64,000 nt of DNA from an uncultured virus (IMG/VR IMGVR_UViG_3300045391_003788) (Duplodnaviria; Heunggongvirae; Uroviricota; Caudoviricetes), in IMG/VR virus record IMGVR_UViG_3300045391_003788. One strand, 5' to 3'. Shown here one piece after another: positions 27,040 to 37,333 of this stretch (position 1 is the stretch's first letter; every line of letters begins with the position of its first letter). Below the pieces are notes generated by a model. It was not told the origin of the DNA. It searched no databases and saw nothing but the letters and a program-made list of their open reading frames with translations. The translations under genes and the position numbers were made by a program.

Positions 27040-28245
27040 AGGAACTTCTCGATCAGGTCGGCGATCTCCTCGAACGTTCCGCCGTCGTCGTTGATCCTCG
27101 ACAGGTGATTGACGTCATCCCCCTGCGTGACGATGGGGTCCCGGATGGTGCCCGCCCAGTTCGCCACGGACGGAGGCAGTTCCACCGACGAGCCGTCACC
27201 GTTGGTGGTGGCGAAGAAGACCGGCGTGTCCCGGATCAGTCCGGGCAGTCTCGTCCAGATGCCGACGCCGTCCGAGGCGGCCACGTCACACAGCACGCCG
27301 AGGCAGCAGTACGTGAACCCTGCCTCGTCCACGCTCCGCAGCCGCTGGCGGCCCTGTCGGTAGTCCCCGGACCGCAGTGCGGCCACCCAACGGTCCCTGA
27401 TGTCCTGTCTCACTGGTCCTCTTCCTCCTCGCCGTCGTCGTTCACGCCGTCGTACTTGCCGAGTTCGATTCGGTCAGCGATCTGCTCGAACGATTCGCCC
27501 TGGTCGTTGCTCGTGGCCAACGAGTTGGCCTGGGCGTCGGTGATCCCGGCCCAGGCGAGCACCGGATCCTGTGGCAGTCCGAACATCGGGATGACGCGGG
27601 GTGGGGCGTCCACGCTGGACTGGATCGTCGTGTGGAATGCCCGCGCCTCGGCGATCGGTTGGCCGTTCATGTTCATTTCCTCGGGCGCGGCCCACGTGCC
27701 CTGGTCGGTGGCCTCGCGGTACAGGTTGCACAGCACGCCGAGGCAGCAGAACGTGTTGCCGTCCCGCAGGACGTTTCTGGTCTGCACGTACCTTCCGGAG
27801 CGCAGGGCCTGCACCCAGGCGGCCCGGTTCTCTTCAGCATTCACAGTGACTCCTCGATCCGCTGGGCGATCTGCCAGAAGGTCTCGCCCGAGTCGTTGCG
27901 CCCGGCGAGGTGGTTCATCGACAGCCGGGCTTGGTCCGCCTCGGTGTAGCCCGCCCACTGGATGACCTCGTTCGGCGGGAAGGTGGTGTACGGCTGGTTG
28001 TCCTCACCGGACACGAAGGTGGTGTCCTGGGCGAAGCCGTTCTCCATCGATCCAGCCGACTCCGAGTCAACTGGCATCCAGGTGCCACGACCGGTCTCCT
28101 GGACGTACAGGTTGCAGAGCACGCCGAGGCAGCAGTGGCCGATCGTGCCGTCCGCGATCCTGGTGCCCCGCAGTACGCCGAACCCCTGCGTGTAGTCACC
28201 GGACCGCAACGCGGCGATCCACTGAGCCTTGATTCGCGGGTTCAT
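27036..28245 (-). CDS. three tandem paralogs (27036-27413, 27410-27844, 27841-28245)
   Basis: Each has WxxALRSGxYxQ, CCLGVLC and NDxGxxFxxIAxxIE. Confidence 0.85.
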
Positions 28246-28466
28246 CGGGTGAACTCCCCCGCGCTGATGCCGTCCTGGATGAGCGCCGAAAACGTCGGCT
28301 CCGCGACAAATTCGATGACGTTCATCCAGTCCTCGCGGTCCATCCGGGCGATGGCGTTCCAGATCGTCACCGACTCCGGGGAGTCGCTGGCCTTGCGGAA
28401 CGCCGTGTGGAATCCCTCGCCGAGGAGGGAGCAGAACGTGTCGTAGTCGATCGGCTTGTTCGCCAT
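28242..28466 (-). CDS. hypothetical protein
   Basis: Start follows the GACTCGGATTGGGGA element; promoter at 28518-28546. Confidence 0.6.
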   Translation of the reverse strand: MANKPIDYDTFCSLLGEGFHTAFRKASDSPESVTIWNAIARMDREDWMNVIEFVAEPTFSALIQDGISAGEFTR

Positions 28467-28551
28467 GTGATCCCCAATCCGAGTCATACCGAGTCGTTGT
28501 CTTGCCGAGTCGTGTACATCCTGTCAGGTCAACTAGTAGTTGTCAACCAGG

Positions 28552-29148
28552 TCAGCCAAGGACGCTCCGGGCGGGCGGCTCGGTGTAGTACCGGCGCAGG
28601 CGCTCGATGAAGCCCAGCGGATCGGGGTCGGCATCGATCCGGGCGACGATCTTCAGGTTGCACCCGTAATTCGGATCCGGACACAGCAAACCGCGTACTT
28701 CACCCGTCTTGTGGTCGTGGTCGACGGCCAGCGGTACTCGGATGGATCGGCGCCGACACAGATAGCACCGGCCGTCCTGGGCCTTGAACAGGGCGTCGTA
28801 CTGGGCCTGGGTGATCGAGTACTCGTTCTCCAGCCGGGCCGCTCGCGAGGATGTCGCCACGCAGGTCTTGCAGCGGCTGCCGGTGCAGTCGGCCAGCCGG
28901 ACGAAGGTCTGGCATCCGGCGCACCAGCGGCGGCCCTCCGGCCACTGCTCGGGCGGCACCCGCTTGACCCGCAACTGAGGCGGCACCATCGCCAATCGCC
29001 GGGCGGCGTACGCCTGCTGTACCGGCATCGGCTGGGCAATCAGCCAGCATTCCTCGCAATTGAAGGCATTACCGGCCCGCTTCGGCTCGGTATTGCATCG
29101 AGTGCAGGGTTTACGCGGGGGCATCAATGCTCCGGAGTCGTTCCGCAC
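28552..29148 (-). CDS. recombination endonuclease VII
   Basis: AQDGRCYLC...LAVDHDHKTGEVRGLLC...CN. Confidence 0.9.
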   Translation of the reverse strand: MRNDSGALMPPRKPCTRCNTEPKRAGNAFNCEECWLIAQPMPVQQAYAARRLAMVPPQLRVKRVPPEQWPEGRRWCAGCQTFVRLADCTGSRCKTCVATSSRAARLENEYSITQAQYDALFKAQDGRCYLCRRRSIRVPLAVDHDHKTGEVRGLLCPDPNYGCNLKIVARIDADPDPLGFIERLRRYYTEPPARSVLG

Positions 29149-29215
29149 AAAAGGCGAGGCGGGTCACGTCATCCCTTCCCCCGAGATGAACGTGACCCGC
29201 CTCGGGTCTGATGGA

Positions 29216-29551
29216 TCAGCCGAACACGGGCTCGCGGTAGTCCTGGTTGTAGTGCGTGTCGTGGAAGTCGTGGTCGACGTCGTCCGCGTGATCGACGTCG
29301 CGGCTCTCGGTCTCCTCCGGCTCACCGTCGAGGACGGAGAAGTCCAGCGGCTCGGGGTCGACGTGCGGGCCGTCGGCGTCCTTGACGAACCGGGTCCGGA
29401 CGTCCTCCAGGATCTGCCGCTGCTGCCGCAGTTCCGGCTCCAGGGCCTCCAGGGTGGTCTTGGCCCGCGTGTAGCGGTCCAGCAGAGCGGCGGCGACCTT
29501 CCGCTCGGCGTTGTAGTTGCGCTCCCGGACGGAAGCGGTGTGCGATGCCAT
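29216..29551 (-). CDS. hypothetical protein
   Basis: ORF with GAGGA RBS, after a hairpin at ~29587-29619. Confidence 0.5.
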   Translation of the reverse strand: MASHTASVRERNYNAERKVAAALLDRYTRAKTTLEALEPELRQQRQILEDVRTRFVKDADGPHVDPEPLDFSVLDGEPEETESRDVDHADDVDHDFHDTHYNQDYREPVFG

Positions 29552-29625
29552 GATCTCGATGTCCTCGCTTGGGCGGGTGGTGGAAAGGGGAGCCCCCGGG
29601 AGTGGGCCGGGGGCTCCCCGGCTTG

Positions 29626-30459
29626 TCAGAACGGCGTCTCGTCCTCGGAGGCCGCCGCTCGCCCGGCGTACGCCGGGGTGGGGCTGGCCGACCCACGCTC
29701 CGGAGCGGCCGACGCGCCGCCCCACGGGTCGGACTCCCGGTCCTCGCTCTGCTCGCGCAGTTCGACCACGACCGGGTCCTTCAGGTACTCGTTGACCAGG
29801 GCGGTGCTGTCCGCCGTGGCGGCCTTGTAGACGACGTCGTACTCCTTGGTCTCGCCGCCGTAGTCGTTGCCGACCAGGGCGGAGAGGTGGACGGAGATGA
29901 GGTGCGCCTGCTTCGGCGTGCCGGACACGGCCTTGATCGCCTTGCGGCTGCCCTGGTCCATCGACTTGCCTGCGATGAACAGTCGCCGCAGGCCGAACTT
30001 CTTGACCTTGGCGATGAACTCCAGGTCGTCCGGGTCACCGGCCTGGGAGGCGTCCTTGAACTTCTCGATCATCCGATCCGACATGAAGGCCGTCGGGTCC
30101 GGAAGATTCGGGATCGCTAGCCAGAGAACGGTCTGCGGGATGATGTTGCCGACCGTCTGCTGGCCGCGCGGCTCGAATCGCCGGGGCTGCCCGGCCTTCG
30201 GGTTGTCGACCATCTTGCGGGTCTTGCCGGTCGGGTCGGGGATCTTGTCCGGCTCGCGCTGCGGGACGATCTGGTAGCCCATCCCGAAGTACTTGTCCTT
30301 GCCGGTCGGGTTCGGGTCCGGGCACGGCAGGAGAACGGCGTCGTCGAAGCCGTCACCGACCTTGTCGAACCACTTGCCCGAGATGGACGGGACGGCCAAC
30401 TTGCTGCCCGACCAGTAGTCGTAGACCGACTCGCCGCTGCCGTACGTTTCGTCTGCCAC
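29626..30459 (-). CDS. putative single-stranded DNA-binding protein
   Basis: Acidic disordered tail ending EDETPF; near the exonuclease and endonuclease VII. Confidence 0.55.
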   Translation of the reverse strand: MADETYGSGESVYDYWSGSKLAVPSISGKWFDKVGDGFDDAVLLPCPDPNPTGKDKYFGMGYQIVPQREPDKIPDPTGKTRKMVDNPKAGQPRRFEPRGQQTVGNIIPQTVLWLAIPNLPDPTAFMSDRMIEKFKDASQAGDPDDLEFIAKVKKFGLRRLFIAGKSMDQGSRKAIKAVSGTPKQAHLISVHLSALVGNDYGGETKEYDVVYKAATADSTALVNEYLKDPVVVELREQSEDRESDPWGGASAAPERGSASPTPAYAGRAAASEDETPF

Positions 30460-31248
30460 CGGGGTGGCTCCCTTCATTGGGGATCTATTGGGTCTCGCTG
30501 GGGCTTTCAGTGGGTCGTGGAGCCGAGAAAACCGGCTCAACAACTAACTTACATGTTCTTGATGAGAAGTCAACCGGCACTTGTCAGGCTCACGGCAGAA
30601 CACCGCTGCACGTTCGCTGGCCATCGCGTCGATGATGGTGCGGAACGCCTCCCGAACCCGACCGGTCTCCGGCTCGTCCGAGGCGAACCAGACATGGAAT
30701 GTACCGGCCGGAGTGAAGGTCACGTGGGCCATCGTGTACATCGACTGCATCGTCCCCAATGTCACCGTTCCGGAGCGGATGACGGTGATCCCCTCCTCTC
30801 GGACGAGGACGGAGAACGGGTTGTCGGAGGTCTCCCGAGAGGCCATCAGTTCCCCGTGCCGAATCCCTCCGACGGCCAGGGCGATGATCGGGGCGACCAC
30901 TGGAGGACGCCCGGACGAGACGGCATCCGCGTTGTGCGCCACGGCGGGCGGCTTACGCGGTGCGGAGCGCGTGACGAGACGCCGAATCAGCCAGGACAGC
31001 ATCTGCCATGTCCCTGTAGCGCTCGTTCGCTGCGGACTCGGCCGCGACCTCCTGCTGGAGGCGGGTGGCCTGATCGAGAAGTACCTGCGCCAGCCGGGCC
31101 TTCACCGTCAGCGGCAAGCCGGGCCGGACATTGATGTCCACCATCCCATTGCTGGCGACCGCCATGGCGAACGGGTAGTCGTAGATGCTGGTGCTGCGGA
31201 CTTGAGGAACGACCGGGGGCTTGGCCATTTCTCGTCCTCCTCACTGAT

Positions 31249-32331
31249 TCAGGACGCCTGATCCTGCTGATTGATCAGGATCTCGATGCGTCGTTCTGCG
31301 GCGGCGGTATGTTCCGCCATCCACAGACCTCCCTTGTGCCGGTGATACAACGACTTCAACACATCTCTGCTCTCCGCCGTCTCAATTAGGAAGTCGAGGT
31401 TCGGAGTCGGCGCGAAGGGAACCAACAATCCCTTGTTCTTGCGGGCGGCATGGACCCGGGTGGCCACCTCGGTGGCGATCTCCCAGCCGGTATAGATATC
31501 GGTCCAGTACGTGATCGCTGTGCCGGACGTGAAGTCCAACTTCACAATGATCCCCTTGCACCGGCAAATGTTGTCCTGGGGGATACGAATGCCGGTCGAT
31601 GGGTCGTAGTAATCGGAGTTGGCGTAGATCCCCAACTGCATGGCGATCTGCAACTCGGTGAAGTCGTCGACCCTCCCGGTCTTCAGATCGAGAATGTAGT
31701 AGTGCCGCCCGCAGTTCTCGCACGGCAGGTAGCGCACCACCCGGTCCGGGGTGCCGCCGACCTGGATGCCGTCGTGCACCATGAACTGTTCGATCTTGTG
31801 GAAGTCGAAGAACTCCGTGGTGCGGATCCAGGCCACCAAGCCGGTGGTGTACGGCTCCGGCAGGTACCGGGGCAGGTGGCCGATGTCGTTCCACTCGCAC
31901 ACCCGGTGCATCGCGGTACCCATCTCGGCCGCCGCCTTCGCTCCCCCGGCGTCCAGGGCGGCCAGCCAGATCCCGTTGAGGGCGTCCCGGTCACCCTGAG
32001 CCGAGACCACCCGGGCCTGGAACTCCTCCGGCCGGGCGCCGAACCCCTCCATCGCCCGCTGCTGTTGCCAGCGGTCCAGGGCCTCCGAACGGTCCACGCA
32101 CTTGATGAACGTGGTCACCCGGGCGTACGTGGTCTCGGTGTCGAGGATCTCCCCGGTCGGCATTTTGATCCGCACGTAGGGGCGGCCGTTGCCGCCGTGG
32201 CGCCGGATCGCATGCTCCAACCGGGGTGGCTGCGGGATGCCGTCCGTGGTCGCTGGTTCGTCGTCCCCCAGGAACCGGGTCGGCCGCGACCGCGACCACG
32301 GGTCGACCAACCCCTCGTCTGTCTGAGTCAT
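31249..32331 (-). CDS. PD-(D/E)XK exonuclease (RecE/Cas4-like)
   Basis: GTAMH...E...GGTPDR...ILDLKTG...QLGIYA. Confidence 0.85.
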   Translation of the reverse strand: MTQTDEGLVDPWSRSRPTRFLGDDEPATTDGIPQPPRLEHAIRRHGGNGRPYVRIKMPTGEILDTETTYARVTTFIKCVDRSEALDRWQQQRAMEGFGARPEEFQARVVSAQGDRDALNGIWLAALDAGGAKAAAEMGTAMHRVCEWNDIGHLPRYLPEPYTTGLVAWIRTTEFFDFHKIEQFMVHDGIQVGGTPDRVVRYLPCENCGRHYYILDLKTGRVDDFTELQIAMQLGIYANSDYYDPSTGIRIPQDNICRCKGIIVKLDFTSGTAITYWTDIYTGWEIATEVATRVHAARKNKGLLVPFAPTPNLDFLIETAESRDVLKSLYHRHKGGLWMAEHTAAAERRIEILINQQDQAS

Positions 32332-34282
32332 GGCCGGACGTTCTCACCCAGGTCCGACAGGTCGAGGAAGTCGCCCAGATCGGGGATGACGTTGGTCGGG
32401 GCACGCCTCTCGTCGGTGTACCACCACACCCAGTCCGACCCGTCCCAGGCCACGTTGATCGGCCCGGAGGTCAGGTGGGTGTCCACCGCACCGGCCCAGA
32501 ACACGCTGGCCCCCGCCTCGGCGGCCGACTCCAGCCACGCGGTGGCCCAGCAGGTGGTGTGATCGACCAGATCGGCGGGCAGGCCGAGATCCTCCTGCCA
32601 GGGCCCGGACTGACGACACGGGTCACGAGGGAAGGCCTGGCAGACCACGACGCCGACCGGCCAGCGCGTTCCGCACTTCAGGTGCCAGGAAATGAAGTGC
32701 CGGTCCATCACCGTGTCACGTGCGGGCTGCTCAATCGGCTGCTCAATCGGTTCTGTCATTGACCCCATCGCTTTCGCAGGTATTCGCCGATCTCGCCGAC
32801 GATAACGGTCTGCAAGTCCGCCCGGAGTGATTCATCGATCGCGGCATCGGTATATCCGTGCGCCGCCAGGACCCGGGCAATCGCTGCGTTCACCTCGTGA
32901 TACCCCGCTTCCGATTCTTCGCGTTCAGTCGCCATCGTCTGACTCACTCAGTTCGGAGTGCTTGGTCTTCTTGTGCTTCGCCAGCGCCACGGCGAGGCCG
33001 AAGGATCGCTGGTTGTCGCTGGCTCCCCTCTTGCTCACCCCGAATACCTGAGATCCACAGATCGGGCACCGAGTGTAGACCGGTCCTAGACGGGGAGTAA
33101 CGGGCCTTGGGTACTGGTCACGGTAGCCGGGCACTGCTACAGGACCTCGGGCACGGTGCCCGAGACGGGCGCCTCGTCGGCGACGAAGTTCCTCGGAGTG
33201 CCGTCTTCGTCGACCTCCAGGTGGCCGATCACGTGCCAGCCACAGTGGGCGCACTGGAGCACCAGCACTTCTCTGGCCGACACCTTCATCTGGGCACCGG
33301 CCAGGGAGAACGAGCCGATCGGGGAGGCAACCAGCGTCTTACGGATCTCGAACGCGGTTGAATCGGTCCGGCTGCTCGCACCGCAGTCAGGGCAGGTTGC
33401 CATCACGCACTCTCCTTTCCGGGTAGCAGAGCGGTCCGAGGCAGCACCCCGTTCTGGTAGAGCGCGGTGATCGCCACCCGGGCTACCTCGTCGGCGTCCG
33501 GCCACTGGAGGTAGGCCATGCAGGTGCACTGGCCTCCACAGCCCCAGCACTGGTGCCCGGACTCGGTCTCCCAGGGCGTCCAGGCGGCCAGTAGAGCGCC
33601 GACGACCTGACCGAGAATCTCCTCCGGGATCGGTGGCATCGGGGCTGGACGGTAGCGGCGGGGCATGGCTGCTCCTCCCCTCAGTCGTCGTTGGGCAGGC
33701 TGATGTAGGAACCGGTGGTCTGGGCGTACGTCGACTGCCACTCCCAGCGGTCCAGCACCCACTTGCGGAACGTTGCCGAAGACAACTCCATGGTGTCGCC
33801 GACCTGCCACTGGACGGCCGTGATGGCGTCCTCGTAGTCCTGCACGAACGAGCGCGGCATCGGCAGGTCGTTAAAGTCCAGGTTGACGTTCTCGCCGGTC
33901 TCCAGGGCCTGCGCTCGACGGCGCAGGGCGGCGGCGGCGCGCTCGCGATACAGGACGCGAGCCGACTCCAACTGCACCTGATGCCTGCGCAGGTTCTCCT
34001 GCAAGGTGGACAGCACTTGCGCCCGCTCAACGGTGACGGGTTGCTCTCGATCGAACATCAGGCCACTTCCTTCTCGTCCTCGATCTCGGGATGGGCGTCC
34101 TTGGCCTCGACCGAACACCAGACGATGAAGATCTCCCCCTCCCAGGCCCGGCGGTGCCGCAGGGCGAGGATGTCGCGCGCCACGGCGGGGCTGACGTCGC
34201 CGTCGAGAGTGGTTTCCCAGGGCAACGGGTCTCCGGAGATCACGTAGCGCACGCGGGTCCGGCACGTCTCGGACAGAGTCAT
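32328..34282 (-). CDS. run of small hypothetical genes (34058-34282, 33681-34058, 33403-33666, 33137-33403 Zn-ribbon, 32756-32947, 32328-32768)
   Basis: Mostly coupled ORFs after the leaderless promoter at 34289-34317. Confidence 0.55.
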
Positions 34283-34291
34283 GTGTACATC

Positions 34292-36796
34292 CTAACCCGT
34301 TGTCGACGAGTTGTCAACCAGATTATCGGTCGTCGGCTCCGGGTCCTCCCGCCACGGATCGGGCGTGGAGTCGACGGTCTCCCCCTTCATCCGGTAGACC
34401 TCCACCTCCAGGCCCTCGACGTACCAGACCCCACCGATCTTCTTCTCGGTGTTGTATCCGGCATTGCGCAGCCGGGCGTAGAACTCGCTCGCCCGCAGGA
34501 TCCCGGTGCCGTTCTCGGCGGCCCACGCCTTGTAGGCCCGGTACACCTCGGTACGCGGACGGCGGTACGGCGGGTCGATCGGCATCGGGCGGCAGCACTC
34601 GTCCACCCACAGCCGGACCTGGTCGACCGCCTTGGCGAACTCCTCCAGCCCGTCGGCGATCTTTCCGTCCTTCTTGAAGCCGTTCATCATGACCTTGCGC
34701 AGGTGGCCGATCGCCTTCTGGGCAATCCCCGGAATCTCTGCAATGAGCAGGTCGGAGAATCCAGGAATGATTTCTTCGGGCGTCAGCGAGCGCTCGAACT
34801 TAATCATCAGCCAACGCCGCAGGTAGCCGTGAGTGGTGTCCGCCGAGCCCGGGATCTTGTTGATCGAGAATACCGGGACGGCCCAGCAGGAGAAGTTGAA
34901 CCGGCTGCCGTACTTGTGCTCGGCGGCCACCATGTCCTCGCCGGTCAGCGACTTGAACATCGCCGTCTCGGTCTGGAACGTTGCATCCATGTCGCCCGCG
35001 ATATTCGCGATCTTCCCGAACAGGTTGATCGTCGAGAATCGGTTGGATGACAGCGAGGTCAGCGACTCGGTCGCGATGTTGGACTTGCCAAGCATCGCGG
35101 TGAGCAGACGCAGCAGGGTGCCCTTACCGTTGTTGCCCTCGCCGTAGAGCATGAAGGCCTGCTGCCGGGGATTCCCCGAGTACAACAGGTAGCCGATCAT
35201 TTCCCAGACGAGTTCGACGTAATCCGGTTCCAGCAGGTCTGTCAGGAACCGGTCGAACATCGGGCATTCCTCGACGCGGTCCGGCCAGTCGAACGGGAAC
35301 TGGACGGTGGAGAAGTAGGCCGGGTCGTGCGGGTGGATCTCCCCGGTCTTCCAGTCGACCATCCCGTTGCGGCAGTTCAGGTACTCGTGCACCGGCTCGC
35401 AGGTGATCTCCCACGCCCGGGCGGAGACCACGTCGGAGGCGTTGATCACGTGTTGCTGGCGGTACCGGCCGCCGAGCAACTCCACGCACCGGTTGCGGAC
35501 CACGTTCTTGTGCATCCGCCAGACGCCGGAGCGGTACTCGTAGAACATGCCGTCCGGGCCGACCGCGAGCGGGCCGATCTCCAGGACGTCGTCGGCGAGC
35601 AACTGGACGTCGACCCCAGCGGACTTGTCCTGGAAGTAACGCTCCGGGTCGATCTTCACGCCGAGCAGACCCATCGGGTCGGTCTCCTCGGTCGACATCA
35701 CCGACGGGATGAACGTCCGCCGGTCGATCGCCACCCCCTCCGCGTCGATCACCTGATCGGCCGCCTGGTTCGCCTGGACGGCCCCTCTGGTGGCCTCCCG
35801 CGCCTCGTCCCGGGCGCGCAGGCGGGCCTCGACCTCGGCTCGGCGGACCACCGGATCGATCAGTTCCACCTGCGCCACCGCCCAGGCCAGGATCGACTTG
35901 AACTCCGCATTCGGGAATCGCTTCCGCTCGTCTTTGAGAGAGGCGGTGAACCGGGCCCGCAATTCCTCCAGGAATTCGTCGGCCCGGAAGAACCCCATGT
36001 AGGCGTACCGCAACCCCCAGCACATCTGCTTGACGCAGGCCTCATGCCGGGAGCCGCCACCCTTGACCGCCGCATCGAACTTCCGCAGCGGCGTCTTCAT
36101 CAGATTGGCGTTGTCGGCGCGGTCGCACTTCGCGATGAACGTCTCGACCCGGTCGTCGCTGGCGGAGCCGACGTCCTCCCCCGGTACCGCCGTGGCGAGC
36201 GCGGCATCCAGATCCGGGGTCAGGGGCGGAATCTCGCCTGTCACCTGCCACCGGTATGCTCCGTTTGCAGCAGGGTGCAGGCTCGGCTCGGCGACGATGA
36301 TTCCGTTGTTCCCCCGGACCTCGCCCCACTCCACGGACAGCCCGCCGTGGCCATTGCCGAGAACCCGATCGGACGGCTGGAGGAACAGGTAGTGACCCTG
36401 CCCGGGGACATCGATGCGAGTGCTCTGAAACGGGACCTTCGCGATGAGATCGCCCGGTGCATCGGTGCAGTCTTCGGGATTGACCCAGATCGCGTTCGCC
36501 AGGCGCTCGTCAACCAGGGCGACGGTGTCCACGTCGAACAGGACGCCGCCGGACCGGCCGACGTGGAGGAACACCCCGGAGAACGGGCATGACCCGTCCA
36601 TGTCGTCGAACCAGACCGCGATCTGGTCCGGGTCGCGGCTGGTCTTGGACTGCCACGACTTGCCGAGGTAGTGGCCCGGGTTCTTCGGGTCGTCCGGGTG
36701 CAGGGGACCGACGTACCACCCCGCAGCGGCGTACAACTGCGCGGCCTCGTACAGCCCCACGTCCTCGGGCAACTCCGGGACGTGGAGCCGGGTCAT
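34292..36796 (-). CDS. bifunctional primase-polymerase fused to D5/P4-type SF3 helicase
   Basis: N-terminal prim-pol (GWYVGPL, FDVD, GHYLF, GIIVAEPSLH); C-terminal LNCRNG, LYGEGNNGKGT, FKSLTGED. Confidence 0.92.
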   Translation of the reverse strand: MTRLHVPELPEDVGLYEAAQLYAAAGWYVGPLHPDDPKNPGHYLGKSWQSKTSRDPDQIAVWFDDMDGSCPFSGVFLHVGRSGGVLFDVDTVALVDERLANAIWVNPEDCTDAPGDLIAKVPFQSTRIDVPGQGHYLFLQPSDRVLGNGHGGLSVEWGEVRGNNGIIVAEPSLHPAANGAYRWQVTGEIPPLTPDLDAALATAVPGEDVGSASDDRVETFIAKCDRADNANLMKTPLRKFDAAVKGGGSRHEACVKQMCWGLRYAYMGFFRADEFLEELRARFTASLKDERKRFPNAEFKSILAWAVAQVELIDPVVRRAEVEARLRARDEAREATRGAVQANQAADQVIDAEGVAIDRRTFIPSVMSTEETDPMGLLGVKIDPERYFQDKSAGVDVQLLADDVLEIGPLAVGPDGMFYEYRSGVWRMHKNVVRNRCVELLGGRYRQQHVINASDVVSARAWEITCEPVHEYLNCRNGMVDWKTGEIHPHDPAYFSTVQFPFDWPDRVEECPMFDRFLTDLLEPDYVELVWEMIGYLLYSGNPRQQAFMLYGEGNNGKGTLLRLLTAMLGKSNIATESLTSLSSNRFSTINLFGKIANIAGDMDATFQTETAMFKSLTGEDMVAAEHKYGSRFNFSCWAVPVFSINKIPGSADTTHGYLRRWLMIKFERSLTPEEIIPGFSDLLIAEIPGIAQKAIGHLRKVMMNGFKKDGKIADGLEEFAKAVDQVRLWVDECCRPMPIDPPYRRPRTEVYRAYKAWAAENGTGILRASEFYARLRNAGYNTEKKIGGVWYVEGLEVEVYRMKGETVDSTPDPWREDPEPTTDNLVDNSSTTG

Positions 36797-37011
36797 CCGG
36801 GGGTCCCGGCGGACTCCTCGTGAGCCTGGCTCATCACCAGATGTAGTGGGTGCCCTGGCCATCGAACCCAAGGCGTTGTAATGTGATTCATTGCGACCGC
36901 TCCACTCGCTCAGCCCCGCACCGGCCTCAACGGTGCGGGGCAGCACCTTGTCTGGGGCGGGTCGGGAGGCCTGAACTGTAGCCGCCGACCCAGGTCAGAC
37001 GCAGAGAAAGT

Positions 37012-37245
37012 TCACCGCTCGTCCGTTCGGACGGCGGCGCCTCCCGAGACCTCCTCGGACTCCTGCGCCCCGGGCTCCTTGCCGCGCTCCTCGCCGTCCT
37101 CCAGGTCGAACATCGCGTCCACTGCCGCCCGGATGGCGCCCGCGACCGAGGTCCGGTGCGCCCGTGCGTAGGCGTTCAGATGCTTACGCTGCGTGCGCGT
37201 GCCGACCCACGGCATCTGGTTCTCGTACTTCCGATAGGCGCCCAT
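37012..37245 (-). CDS. putative ribbon-helix-helix DNA-binding protein
   Basis: QRKHLNAYARAHRTSVAGAIRAAVD resembles a CopG-like pattern. Confidence 0.55.
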   Translation of the reverse strand: MGAYRKYENQMPWVGTRTQRKHLNAYARAHRTSVAGAIRAAVDAMFDLEDGEERGKEPGAQESEEVSGGAAVRTDER

Positions 37246-37289
37246 CAAGATCCTTACTTCGGAGGCCATGTGTGGTGCTGGTCCGGCCC

Positions 37290-37326
37290 AGAGTAGTTGA
37301 CTCATTGTCATAAAGTCAACTACTGT
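37290..37326. promoter_or_regulatory. symmetric divergent promoter/operator
   Basis: Inverted repeat AGTAGTTGACT-N11-AGTCAACTACT gives TTGACT-18-TACT(G/C)T on both strands. Confidence 0.75.
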
Positions 37327-37333
37327 CGAGGGT

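Noticed and set aside
31249..32331. Cas4 as part of a CRISPR system
   Set aside because: Stand-alone phage exonuclease in the recombination module; no array.
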